A DNA stretch of 62,599 nt, counting the filler, from Basidiobolus meristosporus CBS 931.73 (lineage: Eukaryota; Fungi; Basidiobolomycota), in assembly GCA_002104905.1 (NCBI GenBank). It is 4 parts of 4 records of this genome, joined end to end, with 100 filler letters (N's around TTAATTAATTAA, not from the genome) between each part and the next. Parts side by side here need not be neighbours in the genome. Positions count along the whole stretch, not along the records: positions 1 to 26,597 come from MCFE01000914.1; positions 26,698 to 36,826 come from MCFE01001308.1; positions 36,927 to 50,829 come from MCFE01001191.1; 1 more part is not named here. One strand, given 5' to 3'. A program made the translations under genes and the position numbers. Positions 24,897 to 37,336 of the stretch are shown one piece after another (position 1 is the first letter of the stretch; each line of letters starts with the position of its first letter). Under the pieces are notes generated by a model. It made no database searches. It was not told the DNA's origin and was given only the letters and a program-made list of their open reading frames with translations.

Positions 24897-25328
24897 ATAA
24901 AGCAAGGAAAGCACTATTCTGAGCAACATAAGTGAGATTGAGTAAAATTACCAGTAACTGTATCATACCACTGGCATCATGGTAGAAATCATAGTGCCAG
25001 ATAGTGCCATAGAGTGCCAGATCAATCCAGCACTATAAGCAGGCTGGCACTATGTGGCACTATCTAACGGAACAAGTCTAATATATGGAAAATTCAACAA
25101 TTACATTGGTTCTCATATATATTTCATATAAGACCAGGTTGATGCCAATGCACTACTGTATATGTATGCAAATATGTCACTATGGTCCCTATGCAAAGTC
25201 TCAACTCATCTTTAATACAACCCAGACAAAACCCATCCCCCAGCTCACAAGCACAGTCCGGACGGTAAAAATTGATGTTGGATCCATTTGAGTTCTTGCA
25301 AGATGATTATGGTATGGCCCAAGTGTCT

Positions 25329-26427
25329 ATGATGAGCATTCATACAGATATTTGGTCACTACTCATTAATCTAGCAGAACTAGATACCTCAGAGAGTTGA
25401 CAGATATGGAAGAACCTGGGTAGAAAGCTGTGGCATGAGTTCTACATCAAGATGCCAGCAGATATATGTAAGATGATATATAACAAGACAAGTATTGAAA
25501 TCAAGAATGAGCTGAGAGTGAGGGGATTTGATGAGGAAGCCATGTGGGAACAATTTTACACATGGTTTGCTCAGTACAGGCTAGATATGTCCATTTATGC
25601 CTCAACTCTGGGAACCAACAATATTTTAAATGATCTTTTGCCTCAAATTACTAATGTAGTATGTGATATATTAGTAGAGCTAAGTGGCTTCCATGAGCAA
25701 TATAAACAGAACTTGTTCAGGCAACAGTTCCAAAGTATCAGACAGAGGTAAGTGATTACCTTGAGGAATCGGAATAGGAGCTTTGAGAGGAAGAAAACAG
25801 ACTGTGAGTAGCAACATCTAGATTGCACCAACATGCCTTGCTAGATTCCTTACCATCCCGGCAACTTAAGCATGCCAGCACACGTCAGTCCAAACTATGC
25901 CAACACCTTTTGCAAGAGCACCTTGCATCAAGTCAATGTATATTGGGTTGACATGCATGCTACAGGGCAAAACCATCAGAACTTGCCAAACTGCTAATTT
26001 AGACACAAGTCCATTGGAGTGGGCCAAGTTGTGTCTACAAGTGGCATCACATCAAATTCAGCCAAGGGCCATGCAAGCACATCAAGTCACATCTGCGCAT
26101 GCCATGACACCTGACCATCAGCAAGTTTCTTCTGGTGAATTGACTTATGATGACCCACATGAAGTGCCTCCACCACCAGAGCCTTTGGCAAGTAAACAAC
26201 ACATGAGCGCATAGCACTGCAGGCTGGCTTAGTTTGCATTATCTGGAGCAACTCAGCATGGCCAAGCTGTGGAATTGCACTTGTCAACTAGGAGGCAAAA
26301 TACTGACTACAAATGCGCAAGTAGCCAAGAGGATATGCAACAAGAAAGTAGCTTAGGTGTGCAAAGTAAATCACTACCAAATGCTTCAGTAGTAATCCCA
26401 GTAAGAAAAAAACCTAGGAGAAGATAA
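25329..26427 (+). pseudogene. ORF2 of PHIS copy 1, more decayed
   Basis: Collinear with 22421-23512 reversed; most CpGs converted to TG/CA. Confidence 0.8.
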
Positions 26428-26597
26428 TGCAATTGCATTGAATTGCTATTATTTGTCATGATCCAAACAACACATTTTTTTTGCAATCTCCATTGAGTCA
26501 TTGCATATCAGTGATCACTAAAATTTTGATATAAGCAATATCAAGGTTGTCTCACATTTGAGACAGGGCCCCTGTGAATAAACACCCTGTATATGTA

Positions 26598-26697
26598 NNN
26601 NNNNNNNNNNNNNNNNNNNNNNNNNNNNNNNNNNNNNNNNNTTAATTAATTAANNNNNNNNNNNNNNNNNNNNNNNNNNNNNNNNNNNNNNNNNNNN
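26598..26697. other. Assembly gap with TTAATTAATTAA linker
   Basis: 44 N + 12 nt + 44 N. Confidence 0.97.
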
Positions 26698-29600
26698 CTT
26701 GTCATGTTCTCCACTCAAAAATGCAGTATTTACATCCATTTGATGAATAAGGAACTTATATTTGGCTGCAATAGCCAACATTAATCTGATGGTATTAAAC
26801 TTGGCTACTGGTGTGGTGGTGTATAAGTCCAAAGGGCAAAATACGGCCAACACTTCTCAAGTATGAATGTGTGTGGGGTGCTTGCTGGGTGCAATAAACT
26901 CTGGCAAAAGCTTGCTAGGAATACTGGGTCTTTGGTCTAATCTAATGTGAAAGGGGATAAAGCCTCAAGCTTGTCAAGGGAAAACTATTGAACTACAATC
27001 CCCAACTTAGTTGGTGTCTTAACAAAAGTTTATAATGGCTTTGACGTCCTTTGAGATGACAATGTACAAAAGCTTCCAAAGTCAAAACAACTGTAAACTC
27101 CACCAACAGGGACTTGATAAGAATGCAGCTTTGACCAATAGTTACAAAGACTGAAAAGTATCTTTGCCTGTACAAGAACAAACTTGGGAAAACAAACAAA
27201 ATATAATAAAATATACCTACTCTGAGTATTCCTCACAAGTAGTACCTCCAAGGTCAGTTGGCTGTCAGCGCGGTTTCCTGGGAGTATTGTTGGGTCTGAG
27301 TCAGAAAATAGTGGTAATAGGCAGGAAGTTTCCAGAAGGTAGTAGACAGCCAATCATGTCATTGTGTACTAAAAATAGCGCAAATTCTTGGCGGATTGTT
27401 CCATGAGACATAGTAGCACCTAGCCAATTAGGTAGTAGTAATATGAAACCCCTGTGTCATGTAGTTGCCTCTTATGATAGTAGGATAGGAGGGTTATGAA
27501 ACCATGATGGTCACATGACATGGGCACTGTTGGGGGTACTTGCCTTATATGGTAACTATCTTATCTTGGTATCTTGGCAAGGAATAGGAATAGCTTGTAC
27601 AATGGGTTAATAGTGACAAATAGTTTGTCAGGTTGCATAGTGATAATCACATTGACAGAATAGAAATATTGCAACTTAGGATGATACTAATATAGGGGGG
27701 GTAATCCTTTTTAGGAAAGTGAACGTATGGGAATTAGCACATCTGCCTATGGGTGTCACTGTGACCTCACTACACCGGTGCAAAGGTCTCAATGTAGTCA
27801 AGTCCTTTTGTTTGAGAGTATCCTTTGGCCACAAGTCTTGCTTTGAGTCCTTCAATTGTAACATCAGCCTTGTATTTTGTCTTGAAGACCCATCTGCATC
27901 CAATGGATTTTTGGTTGATTGATTTGACTAAGTCCCAAGTTTGATTTTCCATCAGGGCCTGATATTCCTCAGTCATTGCAGATCTCCAAAACTTTGTTTG
28001 AGGGCTATTTAGGGCCTCTTTTACAGTCTGGGGTTCATCAATATGGACTGAATAGGCATAGGCTAAGTTTGTACCCTCATTGATATAGTAATTTGGTCAA
28101 TTTCTTATCTGATTGGATCTCCTGGCATTTAATACTGGAATGATCACTTCTGGGATATTCCTGGGCACTGATTCTGACTGAGCCACAGTTATAGAGTCCT
28201 CTGGAGTGAAAAAATTTTCATTGTTTTTCTCTAATTCAATCTTGACAATTGGTGGATTTGAGATCAGATTTTTGTCATCATCTGATGTCTTTTTTTGTGA
28301 AAATTTTAAATTTTCATCAAACAACACATCCCTGGATGTGATTAGCTTCTTTGCTTTGTATTGTAGAGTCTGTGTGCTTTACTCTCATTGCAGTAGCCCA
28401 AAAATATGCATTTTACATTTTTTGGCTCAAATTTTGACTGATTTCTGGGCAGTTTCTTGGCATATGCTGTACACCCAAATATTCTTAGATGTTCTGCACT
28501 TGGTCTGTATCCATACCATGCTTCAAGTGGAGTAAAATCAAAAAGTATTCTGTTTTAACTCCTATTTTTAAGCTTTACAGCAGCAGCAACTGATTCCACC
28601 TAAATATCAAAGGATAATTTTTGATCATGAATCATGGATCTTGCCATATGAGTTATTGATTGGTTAACATGTTCTGCTGCTCCATTTTGCTGTGGGGAGT
28701 ATGGTTGAGTAGTTTCTTGCTTTATCCCATGAATCTTGCAGAAGTGGATGAAGAGTTTTTATGTATATTCTCCACCATTGTCAGAGTGTATTTTCTTGAT
28801 TTTTTCACCAGTTTCTCTCTCCACCATGGCATTGAGCTCCCTGAGCTTAGACAGAGCTTCTTCTTTCTCTCCATGAAGTAGACCCAGGTGTATCTTGTAT
28901 AATAATCAATAAAAGTGATTAAATACTTGATCCTGCCTACAGATAAATATTGCATAGGTCCACACAGATCTGAGTGAATTAGGTCTAATTTTTTCTTAGT
29001 TTTGATCAGCCCAGAGCTCTTGAACAGTTGTCTGGCTTGTTTCCCGTATATGCAGGCTTCATGGTGCTCCAAATTAGCTGGGAGATCAATTGTTTACTCC
29101 ATAAATTAGCTGATCTTTGATCATTTTGCACAAATAATCAAAATTGATGTGCCCAAATCCCCTGTGCCAAAGCATTGGTGTTTCTTCATTTAAGTTACTT
29201 ATATTGGCTTCCAGATATGATGGAATATAAGTCAACTTGTATAGATTCTGATCTCTGATACCCAAAGCAATACAGGCACCATTCTGATCAGTGAAGTTGC
29301 ATCCAGAATTGTCAAAGCTGAAACTGAGTCCTTCTGCAGTGGCCTTGCTTACAGATAGTAGGTTCTTGGCTATTTCTGGTACATAGAGTACTTCTTTGAA
29401 GGTCAGTATATGGCTTCCTTCACTTCTTCTAAGGTTTACTTGGATAGTTCCTTCTCCCACTGCATCAAGTGTTCTATCATCACCCATGAAAACCTTCTTA
29501 ATTGGAATTTCTTGATATTGGGTAAAAAGTTCTTTTTGGTGTGTAAAGTGTTGAGATGCTCCAGAGTCAATATACCACGTCTCAGAATCCTTGTTTGTGG

Positions 29601-29910
29601 TCATATTTAGTGCAGATATGAATAGTCTATCTTCAGTTGTTGCAGCATTTCATATTCAGGCTTCTTTTGCTGATAATCTTTCTTATTGAAGCACTGATCT
29701 GATGTGTCCTTTCCTTTTGCAGTAGTTACAAAACAGGTTGCTGTTGCCTTTGTAGGGTTTTGAGTACCTCCTTTGTTGGTTATCATTGCTTATTAAAGCA
29801 TTTTCTTCTTCCTTCTTATTGGGGCTTGATTTTCCTAATTCTTCAATCAGGAGCCTTCCATATATGTAATTTAAGGTCAAATCTTCAGTTCTGGACTCTA
29901 GGGCTCATAC
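26698..29910 (-). mobile_element. Copia family A fragment (end of gag to mid-RT)
   Basis: [36 protein letters not shown]; high identity to 40-44 kb. Cut in gag by element X at 29911. Confidence 0.92.
26812..27774 (-). mobile_element. Solo LTR-like insert (963 bp), 4-bp TSD CCGG
   Basis: TGTGGTG...CACTACA; flanks CTGG (26808-26811) and CCGG (27775-27778); the empty site GGCTACCGGTGCAAAGG is seen at 47.82 kb. Confidence 0.88.
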
Positions 29911-32900
29911 TGTTGTAATTATTAAGTTGTCACCAAAACATTCATGCTAACTTAGTCACATAGACCTTTTTCTTTGATTAGCATTTTGTCCTTACCAGTT
30001 TCTTGTTGGGATTTACTTAGAATATTTTCACCAAATTGTCAGGTACCCGGATTATTATTTTTCTCAAAGTCATCCAAAAGACCCCAAACCTTGCACACAT
30101 ATTCTTGGGACCTTCCTTAACAAACTCTACACGTTTGTTTCCTCTACTTTATCAAAACTATGAATATCATACTTTTGATCAATAAATCTACAAGTGAATA
30201 ACATGTAAATCCTCTAGTTCTCCACATCACTTCCAATACTCCTCAGAATATTGCAACAGGTTATGAGCCCCAAGCTTGCTGTCCTCTTGGTGTCTATTTT
30301 GCTTTGGATCCTTTTTTCTGCTAGTCTGGAGAAAGACTTTCCGCACTATTGCCCTGCTAAGGTTTAAGAAGACTACTGCTGCTAAAGGACTATGTTTATG
30401 AGAATATTGTTGTGGAGAAGAAGGCCTTGCCTTCAAAAGATACCTTCAGTAGCAACTCAAGTTAATTATGAAGAAGAGTCAATCAAACTGGCATGTAATT
30501 ATGTCAAGAAATATAGTACCTTAGTGCTCTACTACTACTGAAGAGAATTGCGTAATTCCAGCAATTGAAGGGCTCAGATCTACAATGAAATATACTGCAA
30601 TATGTATTCATATGACCCAACTTGACTGATAGATGAGTTTTTGGATAGGATCTTATCCTGAACTGCAAAAAAAAAGATCATCATTGAATGATTACCGGAG
30701 GAGGATTTTACCAAAATCTGTTGCCACTCAAAATACAACTGAGAATGCAAGTACTGGAGTTGTTAACCACCATTCTGAACTATCTACTGATGGAAAAGGA
30801 TCTCAGAAACAAGCTCCCTGAGTTGTATGGATCCCAAAGATATATAATGCAAATATATCCACCTGGAGTATGGATATGTATTAGACAATCCATTGGAAGA
30901 AGGCTATAATTGTATCAAGTGTTTTGATACTGAAACCAGTGTACCAGGAGCTAAATATGGAGCTGTTAGACGTGCTATCACTCTGTTTAAGTCTCAAAAC
31001 AGTGGGCAAAAGTATTATACAAATTTAGCAAAATCAACTCAAGAAGATTCTACCGCCAGCCAAAAGAGTGAAGCATATAATTTCAAGCCTGATTGAAGTA
31101 TACAACCAAGCAACAGTTGGTCAGTACACAGCTAAGAGCCACTCTGAAGATAACATAGTACTTTATACTTGTTATATTTATATCACTTATTACAGTGGGA
31201 GAAAACACTTGGTGATATTTAACTTCTCTGGATCAGATCAGAAGAATTTTGATTGATCAAATCACTGCCAGGCTACACAACTCAAAGTACTGATATATTG
31301 GAGTCTGATACCAAAGTATTGATGAAGCTAGCTATCAAATGCAGTTTATTTCATCAAATTTGGTCAACTCTATCAAAAGTTATGACTGATCTAAGTGGAT
31401 GCCAATTTTGATCATTTCACTCTCAAATAGTCAGATATTCTGGAACTATGATCTCATGGAGACTCTTGTGCTTAAAAACACTATGGTACCACCTGCAAGG
31501 AAGTCCAGAACCACCCCACAAAAGGAATTATCCCTGGGTCATCAGCAGAAAAAGAAAAGAAGAAAAAATGGAAAATACCACTACCACAAACTAGGGTACT
31601 TCCCAAATGAAGCCAAAGCTTATATAGGCCATATTTGGACTATCTGGCAATGCAGGTATGTTCTATGGAGCCTCTTGTACAAAGTTCTCAAGCCAGAAAC
31701 CCCAGAAGAGCCTTGAAATTTCAACAGGATCTGTCAGATATTGTAGTATATATTGGAACAGATTATTTAATGCAGAAGTCTTGATGTCTGCTGTCTATGG
31801 AGCGGAAAGAAAAAGGTGCAAGGATCAACCAGATAGTTTTTATGGATTCTGAAGACACTGAGAAGATCAGTTAGCCTTGGAAACCAAGCTCAAGGTTCAA
31901 AATAACTATCAGGAGAATAAGGATAATCAAAGCCCTTGTTAAGGAGAATCTCACTTCTGGAAAAGCGCCAATCTCTGTTCTACAAGTATATCCTGATAAG
32001 ACAAAAGCAGCTGTGTCAATCCAAATCAGTAGAAGCACTCTAAAAATAGCTACCAAACAACCTATGGTGTTGTCCAATACCATACTGGGTAAATTAAGAA
32101 CCAAATGGACTTTGAATCTACCGCAAATGAAGTAATCAGTCCAAAGAAAGTTATTGCTATTTAAAGAAGACAAAGATGACCATTCTAGATCATATTTGTG
32201 GATCTGAATCACTATGCAGATGTGGTTCAAGTGGGAGCAGGCCATCCCAGCTCAGAGTTGAGCAAAAACCTTCTTTTTTGGCCATGTTATATGTGCCACA
32301 GTGCCAGGAAACAAGGATAATCTGGATCAGGTGTAAATGACAAAACCTTAACTTGACCCAAAGTAGGTCACTATTTTTTACCTCATATAGCATCTACATG
32401 ATGGAAGTAACTGTCCCTGAGCCTAATATGGACATACAGTGAAGTTGTCTAAATGGATTAGCCTGTTGGCCAGAAATAAGGAAACTCCAGATCTGCCATA
32501 TATGACAAAACTTTAACTTGACCAAAAGTGGGTCACATTTGCTCAAATAAGAAGCATTGGATAGCCCAGAGGCTATATATCATTATTAAAATCTGTCAAT
32601 TAGACTCAGCTTACTTTTCAAGCCCGTGCAACTGATCAAAGTTGATGATTAGTATTATGCTCAGATCATTCAAATTTTTAGGCATACTACCAAGTAGATT
32701 TGCACATTGAGTTCCAAGTTACTTGTTAACTTAAGATGAACACAAATGCATACACTGTTGGATAATACATTAGTCAAGTATGCAATATAGTCAAAATCTT
32801 ACATGCTTATTACAGATTGCACACTCTCAATATGTATTTATTACTCATGAATATTTTGTTGAGCGGGAATGTTGTAATTATTAAGTTGTCACCAAAATAT

Positions 32901-33214
32901 TCATGCTAACTTAGTCACATAGACTTTATTTTTTGAATAGCATTTTGTCCTGACCAAATTTCTTGTTGGGACTTAGAGTATTTTCACCAAATTGTCAGGT
33001 ATCCAGATTATTATTTTTCTCAAAGTCGTCCAAAAGACCCCAAACCTTGCACACATATTCTTGGGACCTTCCTTAACAGACTCTACACGTTTGTTTCCTC
33101 TACTTTATCAAAAGTATAAATACCATACTTTTGATCAATAAATCTGCAAGTGAATAACATGTAAATCCTCTAGTTCTCCACATCACTTCCAATACTCCTC
33201 AGAATATTGCAACA
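29911..33214 (+). mobile_element. LTR element X (3.3 kb), Copia-A-related LTRs, no recognisable RT; probably non-autonomous
   Basis: LTRs 29911-30258 and 32870-33214 (TGTTG...CAACA); PBS GGTTATGAGCCC 30259-30270; purine tract GAGCGGGAA 32861-32869; 2.6-kb interior with gag-like and integrase-like relics. Confidence 0.85.
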
Positions 33215-34459
33215 CACAATCCCTTGGAAGAATGCTATAATTGTATCAAGTGTTTTGATACTGAAGCCAGTGTACCAGGAGCTAAATATGGAGCTGTTAG
33301 ATGTGCTATCACTCTGTTTAAGTCTCAAAACAGTGCAAGAATGTATTATACTAATTCAGCAAAATCAACTCAAGAAGATTCTACTGCCAGCCAAAAGAGT
33401 GAAGCATATAAATTCAAGCCTGATTGAAGTATACAACCAAGCAACAGTTGGTCAGTACACAGCTAAGAGCCACTCAGAAGATAACATAGTACTTTATACT
33501 TGTTATATATATATCACTTATTACAGTGGGAGAAAACACTTGGTGATATTTAACTTTTCTGGATCAGATCAGAAGAATTTTGATTGATCAAATCACTGCC
33601 AGGCTACACAACTCAAAGTACTGATATATTGGAGTCTGATACCAAAGTATTGATGAAGCTAACTATCAAATGCAGTTTACTTGATCAAATTTGGTCAACT
33701 CTGTCAAAAGTTATGACTGATCTAAGTGGATGCCAATTTTGATTATTTCACTTGCAAATAGTCAGATATTCTGGAACAATGATGCATGGAGACTCTTGTG
33801 CTCAAAAACACCGTGATCCCACCTGCAAGAAAGTTCAGAACCACCCCACAAAAGGAATTATCCCTGGGTCATCAGCAGAAAAGGAAAAGAAGAAAAAATG
33901 GAAAATACTACTACCGCAAACTAGGGTACTTCCCAAATGGAGCCAAAGCTTATGTAGGCCATATTTGGACTATCTGGCAATGCAAATATGCTCTATAGAG
34001 CCTCTTGTACAAATTTTTCAAGCCAGAATCCCCAGAAGACCCTTGAAACCTCAACAGAATCTGTCAGATATTGTAGTATATATTGGAACAGATTATTTAA
34101 TGCAGAAGTCTTGATGTCTGCTGTCTATGGAGCTGGAAGAAAAAGGTGCAAGGATCAACCAAGATGATTTTATGGATTCTGCAGACACTGAGAAGATCAG
34201 TTAGCCTTTCAAACCAAGCTCAAGGTTGAAAATAACTATCAGGAGAATAAGGATAATAAAAGCCTGTGTTAAGGAGAATCTCACTTCTGAAAAAGTGCCA
34301 ATATCTATTCTACAAGTATATCCTGATAAGACAAAAGCAGCTGTATCAGTCCAAATCAGTAGAAGCACTCTAAGAATAGCTATCAAACAACCTATGGTGT
34401 TGTCCAATACCAAACTGGGTAAATTAAGAAGCAAATGGACTTTGAATCTACCACAAATG
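33215..34459 (+). repeat. Second copy of element X interior (duplicates ~30885-32135)
   Basis: Direct alignment over ~1.25 kb; ends at a Copia A insertion. Confidence 0.9.
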
Positions 34460-36826
34460 TGTTGTAAAAATTTGGAATTCCACCTAAATATTCACCTGAC
34501 TTAGTCACTTAGATCATCACCTTCAAATCCTAGAAAATACTGACCAAATTCCTTGTTGGGATTTACTTGGAATATTTTCACCAAAATACCAGGTACCCAG
34601 AACATGAAAATTCTCAAAGTTGTCCAAACAGCCCCAAACTTTGCACACATGTTCTTAGGACCTTCCTTAGCCTATCCTATGTGTTTGTAATGCCAAGACC
34701 AGGTAAAAGTATAAATACTACTTTTACATTCAATAAATCATTAAGTGAAAACCACATAATCTACTTGTTCTCCAAATCACTTCCAATATCTCCAAGACTC
34801 TTACAACAGGTTATGAGCCCCAAGCTGTCACTCTCTGCAATGTCTACTACTGCAATTACTGGAATTTTTTCCTCTGCTGAAAAGTTGGATGGATCTAACT
34901 ACCAAGTGTGGAAGGTGAAGATGAAGATGCTGCTACAAGAAAGAGGCCTTTGGGATATTGTCATGGGCAAAGAATGCCCTCCTAAAAACATGGGAGAGGA
35001 AGCCTTAAAGTACCAGAAGAAAGATCAAAGTGCCTTTGACTGCATTTGCCTTAATGTTAAGGACAAATTGCCAATTCAATGCTCAAGAGCAAAAACGGCA
35101 AAGAATGCCTGGAAAGCATTAGAGGACACCTACCAGTCATGTTCAGCTGCTAAGAAGATGTATCTGAGACGAAAATTCTTTACTACAAAGATGCTGCCAG
35201 GAGAAGAAATGAAAAATCTAATTAACAGAATTACCCTGCTGGTAGATGAGATGGAATCTGTGGGCTTACCAACTACTGATGAGGATGTGACAGTTACCAT
35301 CCTGAATAGCCTGACAGACAAGTTTCAGGGCCTTGTATCAGCCCTAGAGTCCAGAACTGAAGATTTGACCTTAAATATGTATATGGAAGGCTCCTGGATG
35401 AAGAATTAAGAAAATCAAGCGCCAATAAGAAGGAAGAAGAAAATGCTTTAATAAGCAATGATAACCAACAAAGGAGGTACCCAAGACCCTACAAAGGCAA
35501 CAGCAACCTGTTTTGTAACTACTGCAAAAGGAAAGGACACACATCAGACTGGTGTCTCAAAAAGAAAGATAATCAGCAAAAGAAGCCTGAATATGAAATG
35601 CTGCAACAACTGAAGATAGACTATTCATATCTGCACTAAATATGACCACAAACAAGGATTCTGAGACGTGGTATATTGACTCTGGAGCATCTCAACACTT
35701 TACACACCAAAAAGAACTTTTTACCCAATATCAAGATATTCCAATTAAGAAGGTTTTCGTGGGTGATGATAGAACACTTGATGCAGTGGGAGAAGGAACT
35801 ATCCAAGTAAACCTTAGAAGCAGTGAAGGAAGCCATACACTGACCTTTAAAGAAGTACTCTATGTACCAGAAATAGCCAAGAACCTACTCTCTGTAGGCA
35901 AGGCCACAGCAGAAGGACTCAGTTTCAGTTTTGACAATTCTGGATGCAGGATCACTGATCAAAATGGTGCCCATATTGCATTGGGCATCAGAGATCAAAA
36001 TCTATACAAGTTGACTTATATTCCATCATATCTGGAAGCCAATATAAGTAACTTAAATGAAGAAACACCAATGCTTTGGCACTGGGGATTTGGGCACATC
36101 AATTTTGATTATTTGCGTAAAATCATCAAAGATCAGCTAATTTCTGGAGTGAAAATTGATCCCCCGGCTAATTTGGGGCACTGTGAAGCCTGCATATATG
36201 GGAAACAAGCCAGACAACCGTTCAAGAGCCCTGGGTTAATCAAAACTAAGAAAAAATTAGATCTAATTCACTCAGATCTGTGTGGACCTATGCAAAATTT
36301 ATCCTTAGGCGGGATGAAGTATTTAATCACTTTGATTGATGATTATACAAGATACACATGAGTCTACTTCATGGAGAGAAAGGAAGAAGCTCTGTCTAAG
36401 TTCAGGGAGTTTAAAGCCATGGTGGAGAGAGAAACTGGTGAAAAAATCAAGAAAATACGCTCTGACAATGGTGGAGAATATACCTCAAAACTCTTCATCC
36501 ACTTCTGCAAAATTCATGGGATAAAGCAAGAGACTACTGTACCATACTCCCCACAGCAAAATGGAGTAGCAGAACAAGCTAACAGATCAATAATTGATAT
36601 GGCAAGATCTATGATCCATGATCAAAAATTATCCTATGATTTTTGGGCGGAATCAGTTGCCACTGCTGTATACCTTAAAAATAGGAGTTATAACAGAATA
36701 CTTTGTGATTCTACTCCATTTGAAGCATGGTATGGATACAGACCAAGTGCAGAACATCTAGGAATATTTGGGTGTACAGCATATGCCTAAAAACTGGCCG
36801 GCAATCAGTCAAAATTTGAGCCAAAA
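34460..36826 (+). mobile_element. Copia family A, 5' half (5' LTR, PBS, gag, protease, integrase); runs into gap
   Basis: LTR 34460-34808, PBS GGTTATGAGCCC 34809-34820, gag ATG 34840, CNYCKRKGHTSDWC knuckle, IRSDNGGEY; several lesions. Confidence 0.93.
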
Positions 36827-36926
36827 NNNNNNNNNNNNNNNNNNNNNNNNNNNNNNNNNNNNNNNNNNNNTTAATTAATTAANNNNNNNNNNNNNNNNNN
36901 NNNNNNNNNNNNNNNNNNNNNNNNNN
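36827..36926. other. Assembly gap with TTAATTAATTAA linker
   Basis: 44 N + 12 nt + 44 N. Confidence 0.97.
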
Positions 36927-37034
36927 ACTCTAGCCGCACGAACGGGTGGAACTTGGTGGCGCAAGTCAAGGCCAAGGTCAAGTTCAAGGTCCGGTGGTGG
37001 TAAGAGGCAATTCCGAACCGACCCATACCCCACG

Positions 37035-37336
37035 ATCAACCTTGTGGTGCACGGAATTTCGGGAAGGCAAGGTTCGAAAGCGTTTAGCGTCGACGAAGCT
37101 AAGAGTACCAAGCGTTTTCGGGGGAGGGACGAACTTGTGCGCTTACCTTTTTTTTGAACTCCGGTGGAAGCTCATCGACTTCAACAGCTTCTTCTCCTTG
37201 TTGCTGAACCGGCTATCCTGCTCGGCGCTGGTTCCCTAAACGACGGGGTGGTGGTGGTGGTGGGGTTAGCGTTCGGGTTTGGCTGAGTGGGTCTTGGTGA
37301 AACGGTCGTACTTTGAAAAATCCTGCGTCCCCCCAT
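37035..37336 (-). CDS. SRRM1-like: SRRM1/SRm160-like PWI-domain splicing factor, 5' exons only
   Basis: Exons 37336-37312, 37235-37147 and 37040-37035 with GT-AG introns give MGDAGFFK|GTSAEQDSRFSNKEKKLLKSMSFPPEFKKK|VD, matching the SRRM1 N-terminus (MDAGFFRGTSAEQDNRFSNK). Needs two 1-nt homopolymer corrections; similarity stops after VD. Confidence 0.78.

Larger units (their letters stand above)
21678..25079 (+). mobile_element. PHIS (PIF/Harbinger-type, possibly Pangu-group) element copy 2, complete, 3402 bp, two divergent ORFs
   Basis: TIRs AGACTTGTTCC / GGAACAAGTCT; AAT TSD (21675-21677, 25080-25082); transposase on plus, Myb/SANT-like ORF2 on minus. Confidence 0.92.
18945..26597 (-). mobile_element. 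PHIS (PIF/Harbinger-type) element copy 1, older, inverted relative to copy 2; runs into gap
   Basis: TIR AGACTTGTTTGGTTGGATAGTGCC at 18945; transposase 19865-20746 (minus); spacer; ORF2 25329-26427 (plus). Reverse-complement collinear with 21678-25079; carries MITE 3, a solo LTR and copy 2. Confidence 0.88.

Noticed and set aside
26642-26653. TTAATTAATTAA palindrome (also 36871-36882 and 50874-50885)
   Set aside because: Identical each time and centred in 100-bp N blocks; an artificial six-frame-stop scaffold linker. ORFs running into these gaps are artefacts.
30259-30270. tRNA gene fragment
   Set aside because: It is a 12-nt primer-binding site; no cloverleaf. No tRNA, rRNA or CRISPR array was seen in the window.
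33485-33530. Short GT...AG intron in element X
   Set aside because: The stretch reads through as part of the Gag-like alignment, so splicing is not needed.
34567-34839. N-terminal extension of gag from within the LTR (280-aa ORF)
   Set aside because: The same frame is closed in other LTR copies; likely a chance open frame.
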